From Candidatus Eiseniibacteriota bacterium (GTDB lineage: Bacteria > Eisenbacteria > RBG-16-71-46), in NCBI GenBank assembly GCA_031366795.1, contig JANLOX010000013.1, positions 1-37,441 on the forward strand: DNA of 37,441 nt, written 5' to 3'. Positions 29,439 to 37,441 of the stretch are shown piece by piece. Made by a program: the position numbers and the translations under genes. The notes beneath the pieces were generated by a model. The model did no database searches. It was not told where the DNA came from and was given only the letters and a program-made list of their open reading frames with translations. Positions within the stretch are counted from its first letter, which is position 1, and each line of letters starts with the position of its first letter.

Positions 29439-30860
29439 CTATCCCCAGACCGCGGCCGCGATCGACACGCTCGAGCCATCCTGCTCGTCGCACTGCTCAT
29501 AGTGCAGCAGACGTCCGTCCTTCAAATCCGCGCAGCGCAGCATGGCGTAGGTCGGCGCGAAACCGCAGATGCGCGTGCGGTCGTCGCCTAAAGCGATTGT
29601 CTTGAACCAATCATCCGCATTACCTGCAAGCGCCGCCGTCAGCGCCGCGCGATCGACGCCCTCCGTCTCCTGCTTCACGCGCGCGTCCACCGCCGGATCA
29701 CCGAAACGCGGTCCCACATGCGAGAAGTCGACGCCCGCGACGTAAAGCGTCGGGCCACCGAGGGTGCGTTCGGCATCGCGCACCGCTGCCACCAGCATCT
29801 CGAACTCCGGCGCCTCGCGGGGAGTCTTCTGGTCGTCGAGCAAGGTGTGGAAGCCGCCGCACAGGATCGGCACGATGGTGAAGGGGCGGTCCTTGAGCAG
29901 GCGCTGCAGGAACAGCACCTCGAACTCGATCGAGTGCTCCTCGCGATGCGCCAACTCGCCGCGGTAGGCGAACTCGCCCAGCTGTTGCGCGACGTGGTCC
30001 ACGAATGCCGTGTCGCACATCGCCTTGCCGAGCGGAGTCTGGAAGTGCTTGCGCGTCAGCGCCAGCAGGTCGCCCATTAATGAGTGCCCGGTGCCGAAGA
30101 TCACCACGCGCAGGGGTTGCGCCTGCTCGGGGCCCAACTCGAGGAAGGCGCGCGCCATGACATCGCCCGCGCGGCGCGGATCGAGGTGCGGCGCCAGGAT
30201 GGCGCGGGGGAGTGTCGCCGCCGCAGCCGCGGGTTGTCCGGCCGCGTCACGCTGCACGCGCGCCTCGGTGAAGAACCCATCGAGCGCCGACTCGAGTTCC
30301 GCGCGATCCGCGGGGTAGGAGCGGTTCTCGAGTGCCGCCGGACGAATCTCTAGTGGATGGTACTCATCGCGCAGCGCCCGCAGCGCGCGTTGGAAGCGCG
30401 GCGAATCGAGCAGCAGCATCTGGTCGAGTTGCGCCACGAAGTCACGCACCAGTCCCGCCACGCGCAGGTCCTTGTTCTCGCGCATGATGGCCGCCGTGAT
30501 GTCGCCGATCGACAGCGTGCCGTCGAACATCTGCAACATTGGCAGCGCTTCCATCGAGAGCACCGGCTGGCCCGGGATCACGCCCGTCGGGTCGCTGACG
30601 AGGATCATCTCTTGCTGCCCGTCGCTGACCGGCATCAACACGAGCGGGCGCACACGCGGGTATTCGGGGAGGTCTTCCGGCGTCTCGCGTCCCACGCCTG
30701 GCGGCAGCACGATGCTCGGCCGTCTTAGCGCCTGGGAATCATCGTCATCGCCCGTCGCGGGCTGGCCGCCGGAGGTGATGATGCGCGATCTCTTCGACGG
30801 CTCGGGATCGGAACCCGGAATGATCAGCAGCGACCGGGGCGCTTCGGGGGAGTCAGGCAT
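29439..30860 (-). CDS. MEMO1-family protein (AmmeMemoRadiSam protein B-like) with an N-terminal PqqD/RRE-like winged-helix extension
   Basis: RPAA....YP, APHLD, GTGH, FQTPLG, H.EEHSIE, IVPILCG, GVDFSHVGPRFGD and ICGFAP. Confidence 0.85.
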   Translation of the reverse strand: MPDSPEAPRSLLIIPGSDPEPSKRSRIITSGGQPATGDDDDSQALRRPSIVLPPGVGRETPEDLPEYPRVRPLVLMPVSDGQQEMILVSDPTGVIPGQPVLSMEALPMLQMFDGTLSIGDITAAIMRENKDLRVAGLVRDFVAQLDQMLLLDSPRFQRALRALRDEYHPLEIRPAALENRSYPADRAELESALDGFFTEARVQRDAAGQPAAAAATLPRAILAPHLDPRRAGDVMARAFLELGPEQAQPLRVVIFGTGHSLMGDLLALTRKHFQTPLGKAMCDTAFVDHVAQQLGEFAYRGELAHREEHSIEFEVLFLQRLLKDRPFTIVPILCGGFHTLLDDQKTPREAPEFEMLVAAVRDAERTLGGPTLYVAGVDFSHVGPRFGDPAVDARVKQETEGVDRAALTAALAGNADDWFKTIALGDDRTRICGFAPTYAMLRCADLKDGRLLHYEQCDEQDGSSVSIAAAVWG

Positions 30861-30945
30861 GGGACCTCGCGAGGACAGGATGGGAAGTGGGGGAGCGGCG
30901 CTGCGCTGGGTCTTAGGGATGCGCCGCGTCCCGCCCCAAGCCGCG

Positions 30946-30974
30946 AGTCTAGCCCGCCACTCGCGGCGCCTCAA
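30946..30974 (-). promoter_or_regulatory. Sigma70-type promoter for the MEMO-family gene
   Basis: TTGAGG-N17-TAGACT on the minus strand, about 85 nt upstream of the ATG. Confidence 0.5.
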
Positions 30975-30975
30975 C

Positions 30976-31005
30976 TCGCGTCAAGCGTGTGTCGCGTCAA
31001 GCGTG
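30976..31005. repeat. Perfect 14-bp direct repeat with a 16-bp period (possible regulator site)
   Basis: TCGCGTCAAGCGTG at 30976-30989 and 30992-31005, in a divergent intergenic region. Confidence 0.7.
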
Positions 31006-31053
31006 GTCGAAATCCTCCAAAAGAACGTGCATGAAACGCGCGGCTCGTACACA

Positions 31054-32010
31054 ATGCGCCGCAATGACCTCCCCCGGCCGCTCACCGCAGCACACGCACC
31101 TGCATTGGGCGCGATGAATCCCGCCCGCGGCAGCGTTGCCTCGACGCGCATCGAGGTGCGCATCGGTCACCATGAGATCCTGCCCGGCCGCCTGTGGGCC
31201 GCCGCTGAACCCCGCGCGCTGGTCGCTGTGATCCATGGACTCGGCGAACACTGCGGCCGCTACGCCGCGCTCGCCAGCGACATGGCTCATGCCGGCTACA
31301 CCGTCGCCGCCGTGGACCTGCCGGGGCATGGCGATGCACCCGGTGCGCGCGGCGACATGCGGTCGTGGAGCACCGTGCGCGACAACGCCGTACATGCGTT
31401 GTGGACCGCACCGCTCGCGCTTCCCGGCGATCTCGGCCGGCTGCCGCGCGTGCTGTTCGGCCACAGCATGGGCGGTGTGCTGGCGCTCGATTATGCGCTC
31501 GCGCACCCGCGGGAACTGAGCGCCGTCGCTGTTTCCGCCGCTGGGCTGCGCAGCGCCATTCCCCCATGGTGGAAGCTCGCTCTCGCGAATGTGGCGCGCG
31601 TCACCACGCCCGCGATTGGGTTTCCCACCGGTCTCGAGGAGGCCGGCATGTCGCGCGATCCCGAGGTCGTGAAGGCGCGCGCCGACGATCCGCTTGTGCA
31701 CGATCGCATCAGCCCGCGGTTGTACTTCGCCTTCAACGAAGCGCGTCAGCGCGTCCTGCGCGGCGCGCGGCGCCTGGCGACGCCCGCGCTGCTGATGCAT
31801 GGCGAAGCCGATCGCGTCGCCGATCCTTCAGGCAGCACCGAATTCGCCGCTAGCGCGCCGGAGGCGTTGATGACGCACATCGTGTATCCCGGCGCCTACC
31901 ACGAGATCTTCAACGACCTCGATCGCGAGAAGGTGAAGACGGACCTGTTCGCCTGGCTCGCCAGGACCGCGGCGGGGACCACGGCGGGGACCACGGCGGC
32001 ACGGCGCTAG
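31054..32010 (+). CDS. Alpha/beta hydrolase, monoacylglycerol lipase/lysophospholipase family
   Basis: IHGLGEHCGRY, DLPGHG..G.RG, GHSMGG, SRDP..DPL, HGEAD and YHEIFN. The start is either 31054 or 31114. Confidence 0.88.
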   Translation: MRRNDLPRPLTAAHAPALGAMNPARGSVASTRIEVRIGHHEILPGRLWAAAEPRALVAVIHGLGEHCGRYAALASDMAHAGYTVAAVDLPGHGDAPGARGDMRSWSTVRDNAVHALWTAPLALPGDLGRLPRVLFGHSMGGVLALDYALAHPRELSAVAVSAAGLRSAIPPWWKLALANVARVTTPAIGFPTGLEEAGMSRDPEVVKARADDPLVHDRISPRLYFAFNEARQRVLRGARRLATPALLMHGEADRVADPSGSTEFAASAPEALMTHIVYPGAYHEIFNDLDREKVKTDLFAWLARTAAGTTAGTTAARR

Positions 32011-32079
32011 TCCGTTCGCGCAGCCGCGGGCCACGGCAGCACCGGGAGCTCACGCTCGCGGACCACGGCAGCGCCGGGA
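31964..32079. repeat. Short repeat cluster with GGACCACGGCRG core
   Basis: Three tandem 12-mers at 31964-31999 (coding TAAGTTAGTTAA) and two 23-mers that match at 21/23 positions (32025-32047, 32057-32079). Confidence 0.7.
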
Positions 32080-32105
32080 CCGGGGCACATGGAACCAGCG
32101 CCGCA

Positions 32106-33632
32106 CTACCGTCGCTCGAACTCCGCCACCGCCAGCACGCCCGCGATTGCCGCGTCCCACCGCGCTACCGTCGCGGTCCGCCATGCTTTGTTGCGTGACG
32201 GTTTGAACGTGCGTTCGATCTGGCGCGCGCGATCCATGTCGTGCTGCCCGCTCCACACGCCCGTCGCGAGCCCCGCCAGTAGGGCGGCCCCGAGACCCGT
32301 CGTCTCGATGACGCGCGGACGCTGCACTGGAATCCCCAGCAAGTCCGCCTGGAACTGCAGTAGCATGTCGTTCGCTGTTGCACCGCCATCGACGCGCAAT
32401 TCACGCAGCCGCACGCGCCGTCCGCCCGTTTGTCGCGAGGCGTCGGTCTGCATCGCCTCGACCACCTCGCGCGTCTGGAACGCCATCGATTCGAGGGCAG
32501 CCCGCGCGATATGCGCCCGCGTCGTCCCGCGCGTGAGCCCCACCAGCGCACCGCGCGCGTCCGCGCGCCAGCGGGGCGCCCCGAGTCCCACGAAGGCCGG
32601 CACCAACGAGACGCCGCCCGAATCCTCGACCGTGCGCGCCAGCGTTTCGCTGTCCGCGGCATGCTCGAACAACCCGAGCCCGTCGCGCAGCCACTGAATC
32701 GCCGCACCCGCGATGAACACGCTGCCTTCGAGCGCGTACGCTGCCTCGCCCTTGGGCCCGCACGCCACGGTCGTCAGCAATCCTGCGCGTGAGGCCACCG
32801 GTCGTGAGCCCGTGTGGAACAACAGGAAGCAGCCCGTCCCGTAGGTGTTCTTCGATTGCCCCGCCTTGACGCAGCCCTGCCCGAACAGGGCTGCCTGCTG
32901 GTCACCCGCGACCCCGGCAATCGCAATGCCATCCGCCAGCCCTGGCACCGCGTGAGTTGTCCCAAAGGCGCCGCTCGAGGGCAACACCTCCGGCAGCATG
33001 GCGCGTGGCACGCCGAAGCGCGCAAGCAACTCGTCGTCCCAGCGCTGACGCGTGATGTCGTAGAGCATCGTGCGCGAGGCGTTTGTCGGATCTGTCGCGT
33101 GCACGCCTCCGCCCGTCAGCTTCCACACCAACCAGCTATCAATCGTGCCGAACGCCAGCTTGCCCGCGCGGGCACTTGCGCGGGCACCTGGAACGTGGCG
33201 CAACAGCCACTCGAGCTTGGTCGCGGAGAAGTAGGGATCGCAGACCAGTCCCGTGCGCCGTCGGATCGCGGCCGCGGCACCCGAACGCTTGAGCGCCTCG
33301 CAACGCGCGCTCGTGCGGCGGTCCTGCCACACAATCGCGGGCGCCACTGGAACGCCGGTTGAGCGGTCCCACACCAATGTCGTCTCGCGCTGGTTCGTGA
33401 TGCCGATCGAGCCGACGTCGCCGGCCCCGGCGCCCGCCGCGCGCAGCGCCGCGTTCACCGCCTTGCACACGGACGTCCAGAGCTCATCCGCGTCGTGCTC
33501 GACCCAGCCCGGCTGCGGGTAGTGCTGCGGCAACAACGCGTAGCCGCGCGCGCGCACGTCACCCTGCGCATCGACCAGCAGCGCCGTGGTGCCGGTTGTT
33601 CCCTGATCGATCGCCAACACGAACCGGTTCAC
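32106..33632 (-). CDS. glpK: Glycerol kinase
   Basis: LAIDQGTTG, PQPGWVEHD, GITNQRETT, IVWQDRRT, DPYFSATK, TD.TNASRT, GDQQAALFGQ, KNTYGTGCF and VDGGA; GTG start with GGAGG RBS. Confidence 0.97.
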   Translation of the reverse strand: MNRFVLAIDQGTTGTTALLVDAQGDVRARGYALLPQHYPQPGWVEHDADELWTSVCKAVNAALRAAGAGAGDVGSIGITNQRETTLVWDRSTGVPVAPAIVWQDRRTSARCEALKRSGAAAAIRRRTGLVCDPYFSATKLEWLLRHVPGARASARAGKLAFGTIDSWLVWKLTGGGVHATDPTNASRTMLYDITRQRWDDELLARFGVPRAMLPEVLPSSGAFGTTHAVPGLADGIAIAGVAGDQQAALFGQGCVKAGQSKNTYGTGCFLLFHTGSRPVASRAGLLTTVACGPKGEAAYALEGSVFIAGAAIQWLRDGLGLFEHAADSETLARTVEDSGGVSLVPAFVGLGAPRWRADARGALVGLTRGTTRAHIARAALESMAFQTREVVEAMQTDASRQTGGRRVRLRELRVDGGATANDMLLQFQADLLGIPVQRPRVIETTGLGAALLAGLATGVWSGQHDMDRARQIERTFKPSRNKAWRTATVARWDAAIAGVLAVAEFERR

Positions 33633-33711
33633 GCGACCTCCTGTGTCCGCGACACGAACCGGCTTACGCGACTCCGCGACTGCAGCCCGTTCACGCGACC
33701 TGTTGTGTCCG
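33617..33711. repeat. Imperfect triplication of the glpD-stop/glpK-start junction
   Basis: Minus-strand copies CGGACACAACAGGTCGCGTGAACGG, GGAGTCGCGTAAGCCGGTTCGTGT and CGGACACAGGAGGTCGCGTGAACCGGTTCGTGT. Confidence 0.75.
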
Positions 33712-35142
33712 TTGGATCAGCGCTTCCTCTTCCCACAGTCCGGCGTCGTACGCCTGGAACTCTTCGCGCGCTCGCGCCGGGCTCCAGCCCAGGCGCCGCG
33801 CCATCACCGCGCAGAGCGTCGTCGCCGCGACCCGGCCACGATCCGGCGCCAGCCACAGCGTCGAGCGCCGCCGCAAGACATCCGTGAGCCGCTTGGCGAA
33901 TTCGTGCTCGATCGCGAACTCCGCCATACGCTCGAGCCCCGCCTCAGCCGCGATCGGCGCGGGCAGCGGCGCATCGCTGTCGGTGTGCGTTCGTCCCGCG
34001 CGACCCAGGCGGAGCGCGGCCTGATCGAGCACGTCGCGGGCCATCACCCGGAACGTCGTGTACTTGCCGCCGGCCACGGTGAGTACGCCATGAGCCTCGA
34101 CCACCGCGTGTTCGCGCGAAGCATTCGCCGCTTCGTCGTCGGAACGCAACAGCGGCCGCACGCCTGAAAGCACCGCGTTGGGCGGCGAGCCCCCCGCACC
34201 GGGCAACACGCGACGTAGCTCGGAACGCAGGTACGCCACTTCATCGACGGAAGCGCGCCACGCATCAGGTGGGGCGGGAGAGGGTAACTCGACTTCCGTC
34301 GTGCCCACCAACGATGCGCCGCCGAACGGCACCACGAAGAACACGCGGCCATCGGTTCGCGCCGTGAGCACCAGCCCATGGCCATTCGTGAGCGGTGGAT
34401 AAACCAAGTGCACGCCGCGCGAGGGACGCAGCATCGGCTCGGGATCCGGGGTGCCCGGCGCCAACGCGCGCGCCAACATGAGCCGAACATGATCAGCCCA
34501 CGGCCCCGTGGCGTTGACGACCAATGTCGCAGTCACCGAATGCTCGCCGCCCTCGAGCCGGTCACTCGCCAGCAACTCGATACCACCACCCGCCGCCGGC
34601 CGCGCGCCCGTGACCTCCGTGTAGTTGCGGATCTGCGCGCCATGCGCCGCCGCGTCGCGCGCCACCGCGATCGCGAGCCGAGCATCGTCCATCACGACAT
34701 CGGTGTAGGCACCCGCGCCGCGCAGGCCGTCCGCTTCAAGCCCCGGCTCGAGCGCCAGCGCCTCGCGTTTGCGCACCACACCCGCCGGCGAGAAACGATG
34801 CGCGCCCGCCAGCCGGTCGTAGAGCCAAAGCCCCGCGCGCAGCTTCATTGGCCCCACGCGATCACCCCGGTAGAGTGGCGCGAGAAAGCGGCATGGCCGC
34901 GTCACCCCCGGCGCCATGCGATGCACCGCGAAGCGTTCCGCAAGCGACTCGCGCACCAGCGAGAAGCGCCCGTGCTCGAGGTAGCGCAGCCCGCCGTGCA
35001 GCATGTGGCTCGAGACACTCGAGGTGCCCGAGGCGAGGTCGTCGCGCTCGAGGACGACACACCGGTAGCCGTTGCGCGCCGCCAGCCGGGCGACCCCCAG
35101 GCCCGTGATGCCGCCGCCGATGATGGCGAGATCGTAGCCCAT
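33691..35142 (-). CDS. glpD: FAD-dependent glycerol-3-phosphate dehydrogenase/oxidase
   Basis: IIGGGITG, D.ASGTSS.SS..LHGGLRYLE, DDARL, VNATGPWAD, G.RPL, SREH, GGKYTTFR and DVLRRR; adjacent to glpK. Confidence 0.93.
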   Translation of the reverse strand: MGYDLAIIGGGITGLGVARLAARNGYRCVVLERDDLASGTSSVSSHMLHGGLRYLEHGRFSLVRESLAERFAVHRMAPGVTRPCRFLAPLYRGDRVGPMKLRAGLWLYDRLAGAHRFSPAGVVRKREALALEPGLEADGLRGAGAYTDVVMDDARLAIAVARDAAAHGAQIRNYTEVTGARPAAGGGIELLASDRLEGGEHSVTATLVVNATGPWADHVRLMLARALAPGTPDPEPMLRPSRGVHLVYPPLTNGHGLVLTARTDGRVFFVVPFGGASLVGTTEVELPSPAPPDAWRASVDEVAYLRSELRRVLPGAGGSPPNAVLSGVRPLLRSDDEAANASREHAVVEAHGVLTVAGGKYTTFRVMARDVLDQAALRLGRAGRTHTDSDAPLPAPIAAEAGLERMAEFAIEHEFAKRLTDVLRRRSTLWLAPDRGRVAATTLCAVMARRLGWSPARAREEFQAYDAGLWEEEALIQRTQQVA

Positions 35143-35241
35143 GCATGTGCCCCCTTCCGTGTGAGGCGCAGACTGTTGCCCGGAATGTCAGTCCCCCGTA
35201 AGTCATTAAAATTAAGTTGCTCAGTAGCTGAAAAGACTCCA

Positions 35242-35475
35242 TTGGGGCCCGGAAACAATCTCCGCCGCACCGCCCAGGACGAGCTGGACGCCATCCTGCG
35301 CGAAGGCGTGGCCATGCGCAATTCGGGCGGGCCGGTCACTGACCTCGCCAAGCATGCCCCAATCCCGCAACGACCCGCTGCCCGCCGCGGCGAACGAGCA
35401 ACGGGGCGTGACGGCTCGCTCGCTGGTGCAGATCGTCGGGGAATGTCGTTGCCTGCGGTGCCGGGCCCGGACTAG
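35242..35475 (+). pseudogene. Possible degenerate leaderless gene behind a sigma28-like promoter
   Basis: TAAA(35207)-N16-GCTGAAAA(35227) with TTG at 35242. The product contains QDELDAILRE, similar to DDLDSILTE in 35915..36613. Confidence 0.35.
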
Positions 35476-35918
35476 TAGCCCTTGCGCTCCAGCACCAGCG
35501 TGGCGCGGTGTTCCAGCGCCAGCTTGAGGTCGTCCTTGGGCAGGCTCGCGGCGACCGCGGCGGCGAGCCGCGGATCGTCGGTGACCACCGTGACCCCGGC
35601 CAGCGCCCCATCGCGCGGCGCCAGGATGGAACGGTCGCCCAGTGCCCAGGAGTTCCAATCGTAACGGTAGTGGGGGTGCACGAACGTGAAGCCGGCCGGC
35701 AGGTAGGATTTGAGCTCGGACGGGACGATGCCTTCGGGCTGGTCCTGCGCCCATGCTCCGGTGCCGCCGTACGCCTGGGTCGCGGCGTTCTTCACCTCGC
35801 CCATCTCGCGCGCGATGACCGCCGCCTGGGCGCGCACTTGCGACGTCTGCAGCATCGGCATGGCGAAGTTCGCGAAGATCGCCACGCACTCGAGCGCGAT
35901 CACCAGGCTCATGATCAT
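35472..35918 (-). CDS. Pilin/pseudopilin-like protein lacking a prepilin leader (148 aa)
   Basis: Hydrophobic N-terminal helix ending FANFAMP, then RAQAA..EMGEVKNAA..Y..TGAW..G.VPSELKSYLP.GF.F..YRYDW. Its ATG overlaps the upstream stop (ATGA). Confidence 0.6.
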   Translation of the reverse strand: MIMSLVIALECVAIFANFAMPMLQTSQVRAQAAVIAREMGEVKNAATQAYGGTGAWAQDQPEGIVPSELKSYLPAGFTFVHPHYRYDWNSWALGDRSILAPRDGALAGVTVVTDDPRLAAAVAASLPKDDLKLALEHRATLVLERKGY

Positions 35919-36613
35919 CGTCCGTCTCCCGTCCCTGCGCGCAGGGCGTCGGCGCTCTTGCCCAGCACGTCGCTGATCGAGGTGGTCGGGTCGAGCACGA
36001 TGACGCTGCTCTGCCCGGGTGCGGTGAGCCGGTAATCGTGGTCGCCCAACGGCTCGTAGGTCATGAGCTCGATCGGGTTGCCGCCGACCGCCTCGAGCGT
36101 TGCCGGCAACTCGGCATGGTCGGCGTAGTAGCGGTCGATGCGCTCCGCGGTCATGGCCAGCGCCCAGCGCGCGCTGGCGTCCGCGTAAGCGGGTGCGAGG
36201 GTCTTCGGCTGCAGCGAATCCATGCCCGAAGGTTTCGCGATCCACAGCAGCGCCGCGAACAGCCCGAGCCCAACGGCTACGATCAGGCCGAGCCGGCTCT
36301 TCTCCTCGCGCGCGCGCCCCAGCGTGGGGTCTGCGATCTCGGCGCGCAGGTTGTGGAACTTCACCGTGTCGGCGCGCTCCAGGTCCTGCGGCAGTCTCGA
36401 GGCATCGGACGATGCGGTCCTGCTCTCGCGGAACACGGCTTTGGGGGACGCGGGCGCCCCGGGGGCGTTGTCGCGCGGGAGGACCCGCAGGCTGTTGTCC
36501 CTGGTCGGCCGCAGCGACGCGCGCGCCTCTGTCAGGATCGAGTCGAGATCGTCGAGCGCGGGATCATGGCGAGCGTTGTCGTTCGCCACCGGGTCGCGGG
36601 CCGGGTCAGTCAT
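35915..36613 (-). CDS. Bitopic membrane protein with a GspG/pilin-like periplasmic domain
   Basis: Disordered N-terminus, one TM segment (LGLIVAVGLGLFAALLWIA), then ALAMTAERIDRYYADHAELPATLEAVG..YRLTAPG. Confidence 0.6.
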   Translation of the reverse strand: MTDPARDPVANDNARHDPALDDLDSILTEARASLRPTRDNSLRVLPRDNAPGAPASPKAVFRESRTASSDASRLPQDLERADTVKFHNLRAEIADPTLGRAREEKSRLGLIVAVGLGLFAALLWIAKPSGMDSLQPKTLAPAYADASARWALAMTAERIDRYYADHAELPATLEAVGGNPIELMTYEPLGDHDYRLTAPGQSSVIVLDPTTSISDVLGKSADALRAGTGDGR

Positions 36614-36637
36614 CGGAGGTCTCGCGGGGGAGCGGGG

Positions 36638-37432
36638 TCAAGCGGCAGCGCGATCGATGCGGGTGGCGTCATTGTACGAGGCCTCTCCGCGCGACGATCC
36701 GTGCCGCCATTCGCGGTGCAGCATGCGCCGGTTCAGCCAGGCGAACGTGAGGCAGCCGATGGCACCCAGCATTTCCACGATCTCCGTGAGCGTGCCGATC
36801 AGCGCTTCGAAGCGATAGCCAAGGAAGACGACATCCGAGAACGTCTCTACCGCGGCCATGCCGGTAATCAGGGCGAACAGCGGCGCGAGCGCCCCCGGCA
36901 TCGCCACGCAACGGAAGCGGGCCGACGCGTTGAGCCGCGTCGCCAGCAGCCCGGTCAGGCCGAACGCCAGCACGAACGCCGAGTTCAAGTCCATGATACC
37001 GGGCAGGTTGTGCAGGTTGGTTTCGCCCTGCTCGTTGACGTCGGTGAGCCAGTGGGGGCCGCGGAATCCCAGCAGCGACTGGCCCCACGAGATCTCTTCC
37101 ATCGCCGCGAAGGCGCAGAACAGCGCGAACGCGGTGTACCCGATGAATACCCAGCGGGCATCCTGGCGGCGCCGGGCCTCGCGCGCCAGCCGGACGGAAA
37201 GGACGGATGCCGCCGCGAAGCACAGGAACGTCAGCATCTCGACCGGGCCCTGCTCGTCGGTGAGCAGGGCGAACGTGACCGCATGACTCACCGGACCGGT
37301 CGAAAGCCCCACCGCGGAGGCCGCAATGAGCACCACGCCGGCCCAGGCGAGCGCGTGGACGTGCTTCGGGTCGACGCCGAACCGGGCGATGAAGCTATCC
37401 GGAGGCGCCATTGTATCCGTGGCGGACGGCAT
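36638..37432 (-). CDS. Uncharacterised polytopic membrane protein
   Basis: About 6 hydrophobic segments and conserved-looking motifs EQGPVEMLT, EEISWGQ and NEQGETNLHN. The start is close to the window edge. Confidence 0.75.
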   Translation of the reverse strand: MPSATDTMAPPDSFIARFGVDPKHVHALAWAGVVLIAASAVGLSTGPVSHAVTFALLTDEQGPVEMLTFLCFAAASVLSVRLAREARRRQDARWVFIGYTAFALFCAFAAMEEISWGQSLLGFRGPHWLTDVNEQGETNLHNLPGIMDLNSAFVLAFGLTGLLATRLNASARFRCVAMPGALAPLFALITGMAAVETFSDVVFLGYRFEALIGTLTEIVEMLGAIGCLTFAWLNRRMLHREWRHGSSRGEASYNDATRIDRAAA

Positions 37433-37441
37433 GACCCCCGG

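Noticed and set aside
30472..31053. N-terminal 194 codons of the 512-aa hydrolase ORF
   Set aside because: They are antisense to the MEMO gene and cross its promoter region. Hydrolase similarity begins after about 31114.
31964..32079. CRISPR array
   Set aside because: Units are 12-23 bp with 0-9 nt between neighbouring copies, there are no unique spacers of CRISPR length, and no cas genes.
35168..35183. Sigma54 promoter for glpD (GG-N10-GC)
   Set aside because: Poor match to TGGCAC-N5-TTGC and expected by chance at this GC content.

Overview
High-GC chromosomal window with about 25 protein-coding genes. I recognised no rRNA, tRNA, CRISPR array or mobile element. Three large secreted proteins end in a T9SS-type-A/FlgD-Ig-like C-terminal domain, which suggests an FCB-group bacterium such as Ca. 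Eisenbacteria (inference). Content in order: a lamin-tail-domain secreted protein (probably 5'-truncated); a fused LeuD-LeuC-type aconitase-family dehydratase; an internally deleted, Cys-less Asp/Glu racemase; pilT divergent from a DUF6812-like gene; yceI; a zincin metallopeptidase plus Ddl-like ATP-grasp pair; a secreted PQQ/GSDH beta-propeller; a hydrazine-synthase-alpha-like CxxCH protein; a BNR/YCF48 propeller protein; P5C dehydrogenase; a TPR-HExxH protein; an EVE-ligA-polX operon; DsbA; an S10 peptidase; a MEMO1-family protein with a PqqD/RRE-like N-terminal domain; a monoacylglycerol lipase; glpK-glpD; pilin-like genes; and a membrane protein. The most interesting signals are (1) back-to-back sigma28-like promoters facing pilT and a leaderless gene, with a third copy of identical geometry next to the pilin-like genes; (2) the ligase/peptidase pair; (3) the secreted GSDH + HZS-alpha-like heme pair; (4) the RRE-like-MEMO fusion; and (5) several small decay or duplication scars. 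All family assignments come from motif recognition by eye, not from database searches.
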